Of a stretch of DNA of 64,000 bases, positions 51,048-64,000 are shown in pieces. The first letter of the stretch is position 1. Each line of letters opens with the position of its first letter. The translations under genes were made by a program, and so were the position numbers. This DNA comes from Camelus ferus (taxonomy: Eukaryota). The DNA lies in the NCBI RefSeq assembly GCF_009834535.1, contig NC_045697.1, positions 58,840,001 to 58,904,000 on the forward strand, given 5' to 3'. A model generated the notes under the pieces. The model searched no databases. It was not told the origin of the DNA and saw only the letters and a program-made list of their open reading frames with translations.

Positions 51048-54000
51048 TTAGGGGGGAAGCAGAGGGAGAGAACAAAAGGGAAAAGAGGTGGAGAGGACAG
51101 AGACGACCACTTTCATTTCTTTTCTTATAAGTAAAGGCTCATTTTCCAATCCTGCTTCCTTACACATACCTGAAAGTCTCTACCTTTCTCCCAGCACCTT
51201 CATTTTAAATATAAATAAATTACTTAATATTAATATTACTAAATATAAATAAATTACTTCATATAAATAAATTACTTCTTTCCTGATTTCTCCCCAAAGT
51301 GCATGTGACAGCTGCATAATTCCGTTATAGGCTGGGTAGTCATCACTAACAATCATCATAAAAGTTCCCATTCAAGCACCTGACTAAGGACGCCACCAGG
51401 CAGAAATTACACCATGGATGTTCAAACACAGAGAAAAGTCTGTTTCACCTCTGGGTTTTGTAAGAAAATGGCTCAATAGTGATGTGTTGTCCACCTGTGT
51501 ATGATGAAGCAACTTCATGCATATATGGATACTATTCAATTTAACCCAATAGACTTTCTAGACTGAACTGCTCTATGCAGAGTAGGTATGCCCTATGAAG
51601 ATAAGCAATTTTACCTTCAAACTGGGTTCCTTGTTCTTCTCTACAACACAACTTGTTACAGTAAAATAAAACATTATGCTAAACTTTCACCAGAAAACTG
51701 AACAGTCAAGTTATAAAAGCTGTAAAAGACATTCTGAGAATAGTGGAAGAACCAAACACTTGTTATGAATAAAGCTAAAGGGAAATTTAACTCCTAATGT
51801 TCAATAATAAAAGAAACAACATTAAAAGATTATTTTTAATTAGCTTCCAAGTGTGGCATCTTCCATGTCCAAAAAATAGAATAAGAGTGTGGCTGATTCA
51901 TTGTAATGGTTGTCTAGATTGTAATATTGTGATATAAACACCTCAAATATTTGTTAAAATGAGTAAGCAGAGAGTAAAATTTCTGCTAGTGACATAAATT
52001 TATGAAAAAAAATCAGTTTCCAACAAAAAGATATTATTTTCATTAAATTTAAATAAAAGGCATAGTATATATCATTCATCAGAAAAGTGATAACTAACAG
52101 CTTTTCCAACTAAAAACACCTGCCTCTTTGTAAATATAATTCAAATAGATTTAAATTAATGATAACAAAACTAAAACCCTGGAATTTGTTCTTTGGAGAA
52201 TACTGACTTTTAATTTCCCTTCCTCTAATCCCCTCTTAAAGGATATTAAAATTTTAATGATCTAGAAAATGTGCTTTCAGAATGCTGTAAGTAAATAATT
52301 TCTTTAAAAACCTTTATAACTATAGTAATAGGGCACTTTTCCCTAATGACACTGTCAATTATATTTAATGTGTGTGTGGGAGTGGCAAAAACCATACATA
52401 TTTTGACAGAGATCTGTCTTGTGAGTGAGTTCTTTCTCCCCATACTAAGTTAATCATAACCAGCATTTCTGAAGATAGTTGAGAGGAATGGAAACTTTTA
52501 TGTATTTTTTTTCTGGTAGTAAGAGATTTTTACCTCTTCATCCCCTCCTCAACACATACAAAATGAATGCCTAAATGCTGGCTCACAAGGAAGCAGAGAT
52601 GTTGACGGGCTCACGTATCAAACTGATTGATTACATATATCGACAGTATATACATCGAGCGTGATTATTATCAGACATCTACTTTTAAAAATCAACATAG
52701 TGGTTTTTAATCTGTGTGCAGAGGCACGACATCAAGTTTGCCTCCTAGCAACAGCCTGTAGCCCATTAAACATCTGGGCTATCACAGCTCTTCCAACTGT
52801 CCTGAGCCATTGTGACCAATATAAAAGGCTTCCTTTTAAGCAAAACTGTTGTGTTCCCTGGAGGGAGAGCATCATACCAGCCTGTTGCTTTGAATTTTAT
52901 GTATTATCTGTCTTCATTATTAAATCATGTGCCCTTAAGGCTTGCATGGTTTCACCAACCTCACTATCAAAAGGAATAATAATAATAAAAAAAAGGATCA
53001 TTGCTAAATAGTCACCACCATTGTTGATTTTTAACAAGAGGCACAGAAACGAATAGTCTTGATCTAATTCAGGTAGTGTCTATGATGACTACTTTCGTGG
53101 TATCTCTAACAGCTTGGAGAGAAGCAGCAATGTGTGAAAGCTGACTGTTCTTTTATAAACATAGAGGTTTGTTTTTTTTTTTTTTTAATCTACATGATCT
53201 AAGTCATATCTGGATCTTTTTTTTTTCTTCATGTCATCTGTTATTTTCTAATGCAACAACAAAATCTGTTTTGAAGTCATCTGAGTCCAAGAAAAAAAAA
53301 TGAATCACTGTAAAACACACTATTTTGATTTTGCATATTATATCTTAGTATTTAACCAAACAATAGTTTCTCTAATTTAGCTCAATGTATTTATCCCTTT
53401 TAACTTCACATTAAACTGATAATATCAAAGTGAGGATACATCTGTCACTCATTATTGTTTTGTCAAACCTGGGAAGAATAGTGAAGACAGGAAATTTTAT
53501 TAGGCTTATAGTCTAATTAAAAGCAACAGGCTTAACTGTGAATAGCTTTTCAACACTCTAACTTTCTTTTTTTTTTTTTTTTTTTTTGCTGATCTAAGCC
53601 TAAGATGTTCATTAGTAACTCATTAAAGACTTAGTTACAGTCCAGTGGGTGAGTCCTGAATATAATGATGGAATGTGTGTACAAATGTGTAGGCTCATAA
53701 TTAGAGAAACTGTCACATTTGGGGATTAAGACTATACAATGCAGTCTTTGAAAAACACTATGGAAAATAAGTGACCCCAAGATGGTGATGTATTTTAAAT
53801 TTTGCTTGCTATCCAGGTCATTTGGGTTTTGGTTCTAATTCCTGAAGGTATGTTTTAATGACCACATTTTCCCAAGATTAAACGTGTGAGGCTTTGTGTT
53901 CGGGCCTTTCTATACATTGTTTTACTTAATCCTCATGCTATAACAAAGTAGGCCTAATTACTCCTTTAACAAATAAGGAAACTGTGATTCAAATTGGTTA

Positions 54001-55059
54001 AGGTCATGTTTCTTAGAAGTAACAGAATTGGAATTAGACTCTAACGCTTGAAATCTTTCTACTTTGTTCAACAGAACCATGCAAATTAGGATTCTAAATC
54101 AGTTTAGATTAGACAATGTTGTAAACTTCAGTTTCTGGGCTTCGTGTACAGTATTTCTTTCTAAATATGTGACATCCTCCTTTATTCAGGGTTCTTTAAA
54201 ACTGCAGGAGCTGTTCAATATTAATATTTACAAAATCACTCATTATCTTTATTTAGTTTTCTCTTAATCTTTTCTTCTGAAATAGTAATACTTCAGATGA
54301 GTCCAATGGGCTGAAGTACAAATTTACTAGGATCCTTCCCATATAAAACCTCAGGTTCTCTTTCGATTCTTATCTTTTTCTGTTTGTTTGTGTAAAAATG
54401 TGATATGAGTGAGTACAGAGGACACTAATATAAAATATATAAATTTGATAGAGACGTAAATTGCATAAATTTCTTGAGATGACTCAAAAGAGGCACTGAG
54501 TTGTTTGTAGGACATAACAGAGAAAGTCTATGGAAATAAATAGCTCAATACTTAAAATTTGAGCAAAGATACAAAAATGTCAAAAAGGGATTTCCAGACA
54601 CTGGAAGTCCAAGAATACAAACTACAGCAAAAATAGAGACATTTCTATTTCTGGCCACCATGATAAAGCTTAAAGTCCTTTATCATTTTCTTAAGGAGGA
54701 GTAGTTAGAAACTAACTAGAAGAACCCAATGAATAACCTTGCTATTTTGTTATGTCACCACTGTATGGTTCACACACCAGAATAAAGTTTCAAAAACGGC
54801 CAATTACTAGTTTTTGCCATCATAATAAAAACGTGAATTAATGACTTATTTTTAAAATCAAATAAACAAAAGAGGAAGTGAAGTGAGGCTAGACAAATGA
54901 TAAATAATTTTGAAGTGAATTCAAAATAGATGAAGTTTAAGTGGGTAAATCCAAGCAAAAAGCCTCTCTTAGAAAATGCGGTCTAAAGGATTCTTAAATC
55001 TAAATGTATTTTAACAATGGTATCCTGTGGTCTTTTTAAAAAAGGCATGTCTATAAAGA

Positions 55060-55885
55060 ATGCTTAGAAATCAACAACAAAAAGCTTAAAAATTGAGAAA
55101 TGACTGAATAATACACCTTCAAGTAAGATATACAAATGAGTACATGAAAAGAAAGCCAACATTATGCATTAGAGAAATGCAACTCAAAACCACAATGAGA
55201 TACTATTTCATCTTGACTAGGATGGCTAAAAGAAAAAAGACAGTAACAAGCGTGGGTGAGGATGTGAGAACCCTCATATTACTGTTTGGAATGTATAACC
55301 ATGTAACCATGCTGGAAAATAACTTAGCAGTCCCTTAAAATGCTAAACATAGCTATCATGTGACTCGGTAATTTCAAGTATGTATCCAAGAAAAGTGAAA
55401 CATTTCCACACAAAAACTTGTACATGAATATTCATATTAGCTTTATGCAAAATGGCCAAAAAGTAGGAATAATCCCAAGTTCCATCAACTGATATATATA
55501 ACATAGTATATTCATACAATAGAATATAATTTGAAAACAAAAAAGAATTAGCTACTGATACATACTATGATATACATCAATTTTTAAAATATTATGTTAA
55601 ATGATAGAAGCTAGTTACAAAAGATCAAAAATTGTATGATTCCATTTATACAAAATGTCCACAATAGGCAAATCCATAGAGACATAGATTAGTGGCTGCC
55701 AGGCACTTCAGAGAAAGGAAACTGGGTGTGACTTCTAATGGGTATAGGGTTTCTTTTTAGAGGACTGATAACACTCTAAAATTGATTTCAGTGATGGGTG
55801 TAAGACTATACATACACTAATGTCCACTGAACTAAACACTTTAAATGGATGAGCTTTATGTTAAATGAACCTCAATAAAGGTATT
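55060..55885 (+). mobile_element. L1MB-like 3' portion
   Basis: agagaaatgcaactcaaaaccacaatgagata...tgtatgattccatttata...ctcaataaag. Confidence 0.85.
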
Positions 55886-55959
55886 TTTTAATCTCCATTT
55901 ACACATTAAAAAAGATATTGGTGCATCAGATCCTGCCTTTTTTTTTTTTTTTTTGAACT

Positions 55960-56404
55960 ACATGGTTTCTTTCATAAATATTTTCTTCTTCCTTAATCAC
56001 AAGAGGACTATACTTTTCAGACTCATTTATAGGTGTGGCAATGAGGTTGAGTTTTAATTAATGGAAACGGAAGCAAAAGTAATGTGCACTACTATAGCCA
56101 TAAAAACTCCCCATTAGAGTCTTCTCAATGCTTTTTCTTCCTTCCTGAGGAGATGAATGGCAACGACCCTCTGGAAGATTTTAGAACCCTTGTGCCATTA
56201 GACTGGGTCTTGGAATAAATGTGAGGGCATGAGAATGGCCTCCCCTACCAACCCTCCCATACACACACTGTCCAACCATACACACACTGTCTAACTGTCT
56301 ACTTGCCTTGGAATGTTTAGTAAACAAGATAATATTCCCTAGAAGTCATTATTAATTTTAGTATCTATTGTGACTATGGCCCTAAGTTTATTCTATCTAA
56401 TACA
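55960..56404 (+). mobile_element. Old MaLR LTR (MLT1H/I-like)
   Basis: aatggaaacggaagcaaaagtaatgtg...ctaataca end; diverged. Confidence 0.55.
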
Positions 56405-59400
56405 TTGTTCAAAAATGGAAATTAAAGGAAGTAACTCAAAGAACTCTCTCTCCAGAAGTTTCATATTATATAATTTGAAACATATACACACACACACACA
56501 CAATAATTGGTTTGTTCCCTATTCGGCTACTTCCTGTCAGACATTTGATTTTCTGAGGAGAGTCATTCCTATCAAATTACCACACAAATATATACAGTAC
56601 AGTGATGCTTCAGGGATTTCATTTTTATAATTGATCAACCTGCCTAATTTTAATATTTTATCTTACTTACTGTATTTTTATAATACATAATTTATGTTCA
56701 AATTATGATTATTACTTCATTTTTATTAAATTTTCTCTTAATATTCAACATATATTTTATAATAATTTTGTTGAATTTTTACATAGAAAAGCTCATATCA
56801 GTACTCTGAATGCAATTGTGTGAATATTTGTGTATACATATGTATATGTGTGTGTGTGTGTGTGTATATAAATTAACTTGGAAATAACTTATAATTCTGC
56901 TATTCCTAGTCTTTTCATCCAGGAACATGGTATATTGCATGTCTTCTTTAATAACTCCCATTTAGTTTCAGAGTTTTCTTCTCATAAGTTCCATATATTT
57001 CCTGTTATGACATTTCCTAAGTAACTCATGTATTTCATTGCTGACTAGAATCATATGTGCACGTGTGAATCATATACTTGAACTCAGTGCTCTCATTAAC
57101 ACTGAGAAAGTTACTATTTCTTGAATTTTCTGAATACATCATTATACCCCTACAAGCAATAGTTATATCTTAATATTTGAATATTTATTATTATTTATGT
57201 TTTGTTCATCATTATAGTAGCCAAAACTCATGGAACCTTTTTTTAAACAAATTGTAGTGATAATAAACAAGGTTGTATTGATCATTTATTATGATTCATT
57301 TTAGAAAGTTATTAATTAATCTAAATATAAATCATTCTTTTACTTTCCAGATCTCAAGAGATTTTCTTCTAGGGATATAGAGATGCATTTAAATTTTATA
57401 TACAGCCATGTTCTCTTATAGTGCTATTTGTAATGGTAATGTATCAATGACCTTCAATGCTGAGCCATCAACAAATGGTTACACTAATAATGGTTCATTC
57501 ATATAACATGTTAGCATCATTTTTTTGATGAGAGGCTAGAAATGTCTTTATTTTAATGTTAAATCAAAATGAAAGATATAAATTTTATTTCTAACGTTAT
57601 TACAATTAAAAATATGTGCACACACAACTGTGAGAAAAATCTAACAAACATTAATATTAATTATACCACTGGGTCATAGAATTATAGGATTTTTGCTTTC
57701 TGACTTAAATTTGTATGAGGAGAAATATTTGACAATAAAGTAGGTGACACTGCTAATGACGAAGAAATGTATGAGACTATGTTCTTGTACTTTATCAGTA
57801 ACCTACAACCTTGATTCCAGGACATTCAGATCACTACAAACTCTAGTATGTGTAGATGAAATAAACACAGAAAACTTACCAAATGTCACTATGAGAGCCT
57901 ATTTCTGTACAAAGACCTATATCTATTACTTTTGCAAGAACAACCAGCATATTTCTCTTGCAAATCCCTTAGCTAGCCTAGCTTATTTGATCAAATCCTT
58001 TATATATAATTTTTCTGATAAAAAGACAATTTTCTATATTTAAAGAATCTAATTCTAACAACAAACAAACAAAAAACCCTCAATCTGCTATGATGGCAAT
58101 ATAGGGGAAATACAGATTCAAATTAAATAAAATGCAATTATTAATAAAATTTAAAGAGTTTATTTTCAACTTATCAATTAGAAACCTGAAAAAAAGTAGA
58201 GAATTAATTAACCCTATTTTTCAACAAGGCCTTATTCTAAGCAGTCATATTAAAATAGATCATAATACAATATTTAGTCTCTTATTTACACAACAAATCA
58301 ACGAGACTCTTTCCTGTTGCATTTCACTTTTTTGACTGTTCTTTAAGGAATCATTTCCCAATCAGAATGGAGGAAATAAATACATGAAAAATGTACTCTG
58401 GCTATTTACATGAAATTATAAATGCAAGAGCACTATTCTGACATTGAGAATGAAAGTAAATAGCAATGCAAAGAAGAGGAAAATAGATAATTAGATATTT
58501 GTATCTTACATATCAAAATATATTAAAATTCACTCAACATCAAGTATACAACAGCTATCCTATTACAGTAATGGTCCAGCCCAAGGTCGAGAAATATAAA
58601 AAAATAAGAAATGATCTTAAATAGCTCAAATAGTCACAGTATATAAAATCTCAAAATTAAAAAAAAAACTCTATTTTACTCTCAGGGTATACACTTGTTA
58701 CTCATAGTGTATCACTAAAATAAAAGTCACATATAACATGTTTTGCAAGTGCAAAGGCAAAAAAGAAAATTCTTTTCCAATTGCCAACCTATTTATCAAG
58801 TGAGTAGGGAAGACTTCTAAACACATTCGTACAAAGGAAGGCTACCAGCAGGCATATTTGTAGTATATATTGTGATATTAGAGACTACAAAGTTAACTTT
58901 TGAAATACATATTTTGAATTTTAGTACCAAATGCTAATGCAGATGGCATCAGATGTGTTCGCAGTAACCTCATATATCATGACAATGACAAAGATTTTCT
59001 GTATAACATCTTTGACCATAAAAATAGTGATATTACTGAAAGCATTACAAATTACCTGGGCTGGCAAACATTATAAACATTTAAAGGATGATTAATTTCT
59101 AAAAATAACAAAGTTAAGTAGAGCTTAGAAGTCAATTTGTCTTTTTCACAATTAATAAAACATGACTTCATAAAAAATTATGTGATAAGATGTTATGTTG
59201 TAATTTTGTACTTTCTCAAGCTTCATATCTTATAAAAGGTTAAAAATGACACATTAAATAGTATTATAACTGTAAAAATAGATGAATAATTAAATACAAA
59301 TTACATAAAACATATGGTACTAAATATATATGCATTTGATCATTGTTTTGTCCCTGTTAAAAACTATTTATAATAATTAACTTCTTAACATAATAAAAGG

Positions 59401-61924
59401 CAGTTTAGCCTATAAAGTTCATGAATATGTATGAACACACATGCAACTCTGACAAAAAAAAAATAGACTTGCTGGAAAAAGTACACATGTGGTAGTTATA
59501 GGAGAATTTTTTGAAATCCTGTATTTTTCTGCAAAAGTACCATAAAAAATACTGTCCCCCTTTACCCACAGTAAGTTCCAATGATCCTGTTTTCTATCTT
59601 TAATTGTGACACAGTTTATACGTACAGTTTAATTAAGATGAGATGTAGTTAAAATATCTGAGCACCTCAATCATCTTTTCAACTCTGAATCCTTTGTGGC
59701 TTGGATGACATCCACTCCCCCAACCCCACCATGGATCAGATCTCCTAGTCCAGATCCTACATTGAACCACAGTATCGGTTTACTGACAATCAGGATGAGT
59801 CCCAGGTTCCCATGTTATCACTGGATTTTTGTTCTCCAATTCCCTTTTCTTCCCTTGTTCCCAACCACATCAATAGAACAAGAAAAAATCTTTTATCTTC
59901 ATGCAACACTACATTAGTTAACAGCAAAGAACTAGCCATCTGCTCTAGCTGCTTCTCTTTACTTCTGCCAGGTGTCATCGTATTATAGATAAGGGTTTTA
60001 TATCTGTACAGGAAGAGGGCACAGTCATGGAAAACAGAAAAAGAGAAATACAGAAGTACACAGAGACGTAAAATATGGACAGATAAACACAGAACCAGAG
60101 ACATTTCCTAATTTTTAAATTGTGTGTGTATATATATATATACACAGTGTGGATGTACAAATTAATTTTGTTTTCTGGCCAGACTTTCTAGGATGATGTG
60201 GGAGATTATTCAACTAATATAAATGTTACTCAGAATTAATTCTTTAGCTTAGTTTCTAATTTGACCCTTAAGAAATCATGCAAAAAAACGGATCACTGAC
60301 TAATTATATGCTACCAGTTATGTGCTACTACCACTGACAATTATATATTTTCATCACTGACAATTATATACCATGCTATTATATACTGATGTTATATACT
60401 AAGCCTTTCTACATACCAGTTTGATAATTTTTTTTTTTGGTACTAGTATTAAGAAATTTCTGGCAAAACCTAAATGCTTAGGTTCAAGTAGTAGAACATT
60501 TCAATTCTCAGGGTAAGAACAAGGATAATTATGCATTTTTCCTTATCTAAAACTGAGAATGTTAGTTCTATTTCAGGGTAGGTAAGGGTGATAAAATAAA
60601 ATATAAAGATTTACCAAATGCCAAGCTCTATGTTAGAAGCTGTACATGTATTATTCCATCCATTTCTTAAAATAACTGCATGGAGTAAGTGTTCATCTGT
60701 GCAGATGAAAAGTAGGCTTAAACATTTTTAAGTTACTGTAAGCTCCTTGAGGAAAGAATTAAGGATTCTTTATTCACTACCATATCTTTAGCAGCTAGCA
60801 CAGTTTTCTGGCTCATAGTGGGTGATAAATATGTGTCAACTAGTTTACCAAGTAACAGTGTTACAGAGCTGGTAGAGGGCAGAGCTAAAATTTTATCTCA
60901 GGTCTGTCAGACTCAAAGGCCAGTCTGTCTGTGTCCAGAACACAGAAGAGGCAGGTGCTTTAGCTTTCTGCCTCACCTGCTCCCCAATGCCCAGGAGAGT
61001 TGAGGTGGGATTTGCTGTAGGGAAAAATGGCCTTGATAGGAATTGATCAGCGGCATTAAGACTAGAGCTCAATAAGCTAGGTTCTTCATTTTCAAGCCTC
61101 TCTGGGTCTCATGTGTAACTTTAGTCAAGTTCCTTTGCCACTCGGTACCCCAATAACTTTACTATAAAAAGTTAATGATGATGATCATAATAAATAATAT
61201 TAAAACTAGGAGAATATTGTGAGAATTAGTTGTACCAATACACCCAAAGTTTATGGCTGTAGAATTAGTAGTCATCATTATTATTTACTCTGGAGAAAAG
61301 GCCAGCAACTCAGGCCATACCCAGGAAAGTTAATTCTCTGTGGATTGGAGGACCAATGAAGCTGGGCATCTCAACAACAGTAGGGCAAGGAGATACTATC
61401 AAGGGATGATCTGGAAACAAGAGTAGTTCTATAACTAAGACATCCCTTTTGACTCAGTCCTGTAAAGTTTCAAGTTACATGGTATTCCTTTCAACCAGGA
61501 CCAGTGGGGACTCCAAAAATGTCTATCCTATTAGATTTCAGCACTGATCAAAGGTACACATATTCCTGTTTATGAGCAAGCTGGGTTCCGAAAAGCCGTT
61601 CATGTGAAGCCCTTTACTTATAAGTCCAAAGTGGTATCACAAAGGCAGTGGAGAAAGCCTTCCATAGAAAGCAGACAAAACTGAGTTGCATTTTCTCCAG
61701 TGCAAAGTGTTAAAATATTTACAACAAAGTAATAAAAACAAAGTTTATAAGTAGAAGCTTCTATATTGTTTAGTCTCCTATGGTTCAAAGTCAAGATAAT
61801 ATAAAGTAGTTCATGTAAAATGGGAAAAAAATACTTTTGTTTTTAGCCAAAAATATTTTGTATACCAGGTCAATATTGTATGTGCCCACTTAGGAGTTTT
61901 TAAATACTTCTCAGTGTTGCTTGG

Positions 61925-61927
<3 letters not shown>

Positions 61928-61981
<54 letters not shown>
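61928..61981. repeat. (GT)n microsatellite
   Basis: Direct reading. Confidence 0.97.
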
Positions 61982-61983
<2 letters not shown>

Positions 61984-63581
61984 AATACAGATCTCAAGAC
62001 CCATGATCTAAGGCTGAGCCACGTTTGGGGCCCACTGAAATACATAGCAGGTGTCAGTTTTTGAAGACCAGAAATTTCACCTCTGACAAGAGTCTTTCTT
62101 ACAATGCCTGATTCTGCCATTTTTTAACCTACCTTGCTTTAATAGTGTATTTTAAACTGACTTTTTAAACATGCATTGTACATATACATGGAGATTTTTT
62201 CTGAATATCAACATCAAATGAAATAGCTCTCATGATTAGCTAATTCCTGGTTGTTAAAACTTACTGGAACAGAAATAAACTGGAGAGGTAGACAGTATAA
62301 TGAATGAAATTAACATGTTCAAGCACTTAATATCTGTCATGCACTGTGCTAGATTCTTTACTTATGCTTTTTACTTAATCCTCAAAATAACCTTGAGGGA
62401 GACATTTCTATAACATCAAAAAGCTAATTAGAATCATCTTGAGATACTACTGATAATTAGAAAGCACTTGTTTAAAGTGACAGAAATCTTGTATTGTCCC
62501 ATACCACAAAATATTATACATGCCCAAGTACATGAATGTATAAATGCTGCACTGGTATAAGAATTAAAGGGAAATTTTGACAAATTTACATTGTTGGTAA
62601 AACTAGGTGGTAATGTAACTAATTTTTTTAAAGCACTATCTTATAGTGATTTGTTAGAAATAAACAGTGTTAAAATCAGGGCAACTTTAGGGGAAATGTC
62701 AAAAGCGGCAAGTAATTTTATCCAGTTTTTTGTACTGACAGCAGAATGCAATTCATGTTGAAATTATGAATATGAGCCAAATTTAGAATCGCATCACTGA
62801 AAAACAACAATAGATTTCTGTAGTCAATTAAAAACCAAAAGTGAGCTAACAGGGCTAAAAATTCATTTCAGCTGCTTGATACACTATAATATTCTGAGAC
62901 CTCCTAAGCAGTGGCAAATACACCTGTGCCCCTTTTTCTTTGCTCTAATTACCATTGACATATGAGATAGTGATTATAATATGCCATTTTCATCTTAGTA
63001 TAAAACCAATAATAATTAGTAGAAAATTTTTAATTGGGAAAAAGAAACATACATATAGACTTTAATTTGCCAACTTTTAGAGAGATTCAGTGAGTACCAT
63101 ACTAAGTGGCACATAATTTGTCTTGCTTATTTATTGAATAATTATATATTCTATAAAATTTTCCAAAGGAGTTATTTCTTGATTACTTGATTTGATGTAG
63201 ATTTTTGGGCTGTTTTCTTTCAAATGTGCACACATACTATCTTAAAAGTGATTTTTAACTACAAAAATATGTAAAAGAAAAAATTCATAATAAATGATAA
63301 GGTTAATAATTTAGATTAATTTAGATCCTTAAAAGTGGTAAAACAAAGAATAAAACATGTAAAATTTATTTTAAAAAGCCTTTCATTGTACATACATTTC
63401 AAATGGTACTTTAAGAAATCAAAGTCGTATTTATTGCAGCTTAAGGTATATAACTTACTGCTATTAATATATGGTAGGCAAAAGCTGCAAAATCATAGAG
63501 CAAAGATTTAGAAGAAAGGGTCTAGTGTGAAAAACTGGGACAACATTAAGCACCACACAAAAATCAAATTAAAGTTCTTAC

Positions 63582-63636
63582 CGTGAACAGTTGGTGCTAA
63601 GAGCATCATGCAGACTAGTAGCTGTGATGGCCACAT
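63582..63636 (-). CDS. ADGRL3: ADGRL3 (latrophilin-3) first coding exon, signal peptide MWPSQLLVCMMLLAPTVH(G); whole exon 63582-63799 including 5' UTR
   Basis: Translation matches the remembered latrophilin-3 N-terminus (MWPSQLLxFMMLLAP). ATG context acaaccATG. Acceptor tttcttgtttatag at 63800-63801; donor CACG|gtaaga at 63581. 55 coding nt, ending in phase 1. Confidence 0.95.
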
Positions 63637-64000
63637 GGTTGTGTACTTGGGCATGAGTGCCTCAAGAGTGTGCCAGACTTGAAATGAAATAAATGTCTTT
63701 CTGATTCTTCTTCTATGTTCCAAGACTGATGATTAAAAAAAAAAACTCAAAAAGAAATATTCCTCAGAAACAGAAACACCAATATCCCAAATCTGAATCC
63801 TATAAACAAGAAAAAAAAAAGGGTTATCAATTACAGCAGTTTTCTTATTACCTTGAAAGTTTCTTTCCTGACTAGAGCATCTTTATACCTCCTCTCTTCT
63901 TCATTTTAACGAATACACGCATTAAATACAAAAATGAGTAAGTAACCTAAAGGACATTTATTTATGCATGAATTACTACAGTGCTTATTCCCCAGTCCCC

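Noticed and set aside
1..64000. CRISPR arrays, rRNA or prokaryotic systems
   Set aside because: None seen; the sequence is mammalian intronic/intergenic DNA.

Overview
AT-rich mammalian genomic DNA, very probably camelid (two tRNA-Ala-derived Vic-1-type SINEs, plus a young L1 3' end). The right end carries two 5' coding exons of ADGRL3/latrophilin-3 on the minus strand: the signal-peptide exon (63582-63799) and the 204-nt alternatively spliced Gly/Pro/Arg-rich exon (45305-45508). The main hidden signal is in positions 1 to ~39.7 kb. A series of plus-strand, splice-site-bounded segments, full of stops and frameshifts, translates into degenerate dynein heavy chain motifs in the correct domain order (AAA2, AAA3, AAA4, stalk, AAA5, AAA6, C-terminal domain). 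I read this as a fossil, intron-containing axonemal dynein heavy chain gene lying antisense to, and possibly inside an intron of, ADGRL3. One former AAA5 exon is now a CpG island with bidirectional-promoter motifs (YY1, ETS, CCAAT, GC boxes). Next to it is a cluster of plus-strand solo LTRs, including a three-layer nest. All protein assignments are by-eye comparisons with remembered sequences; no searches were run.
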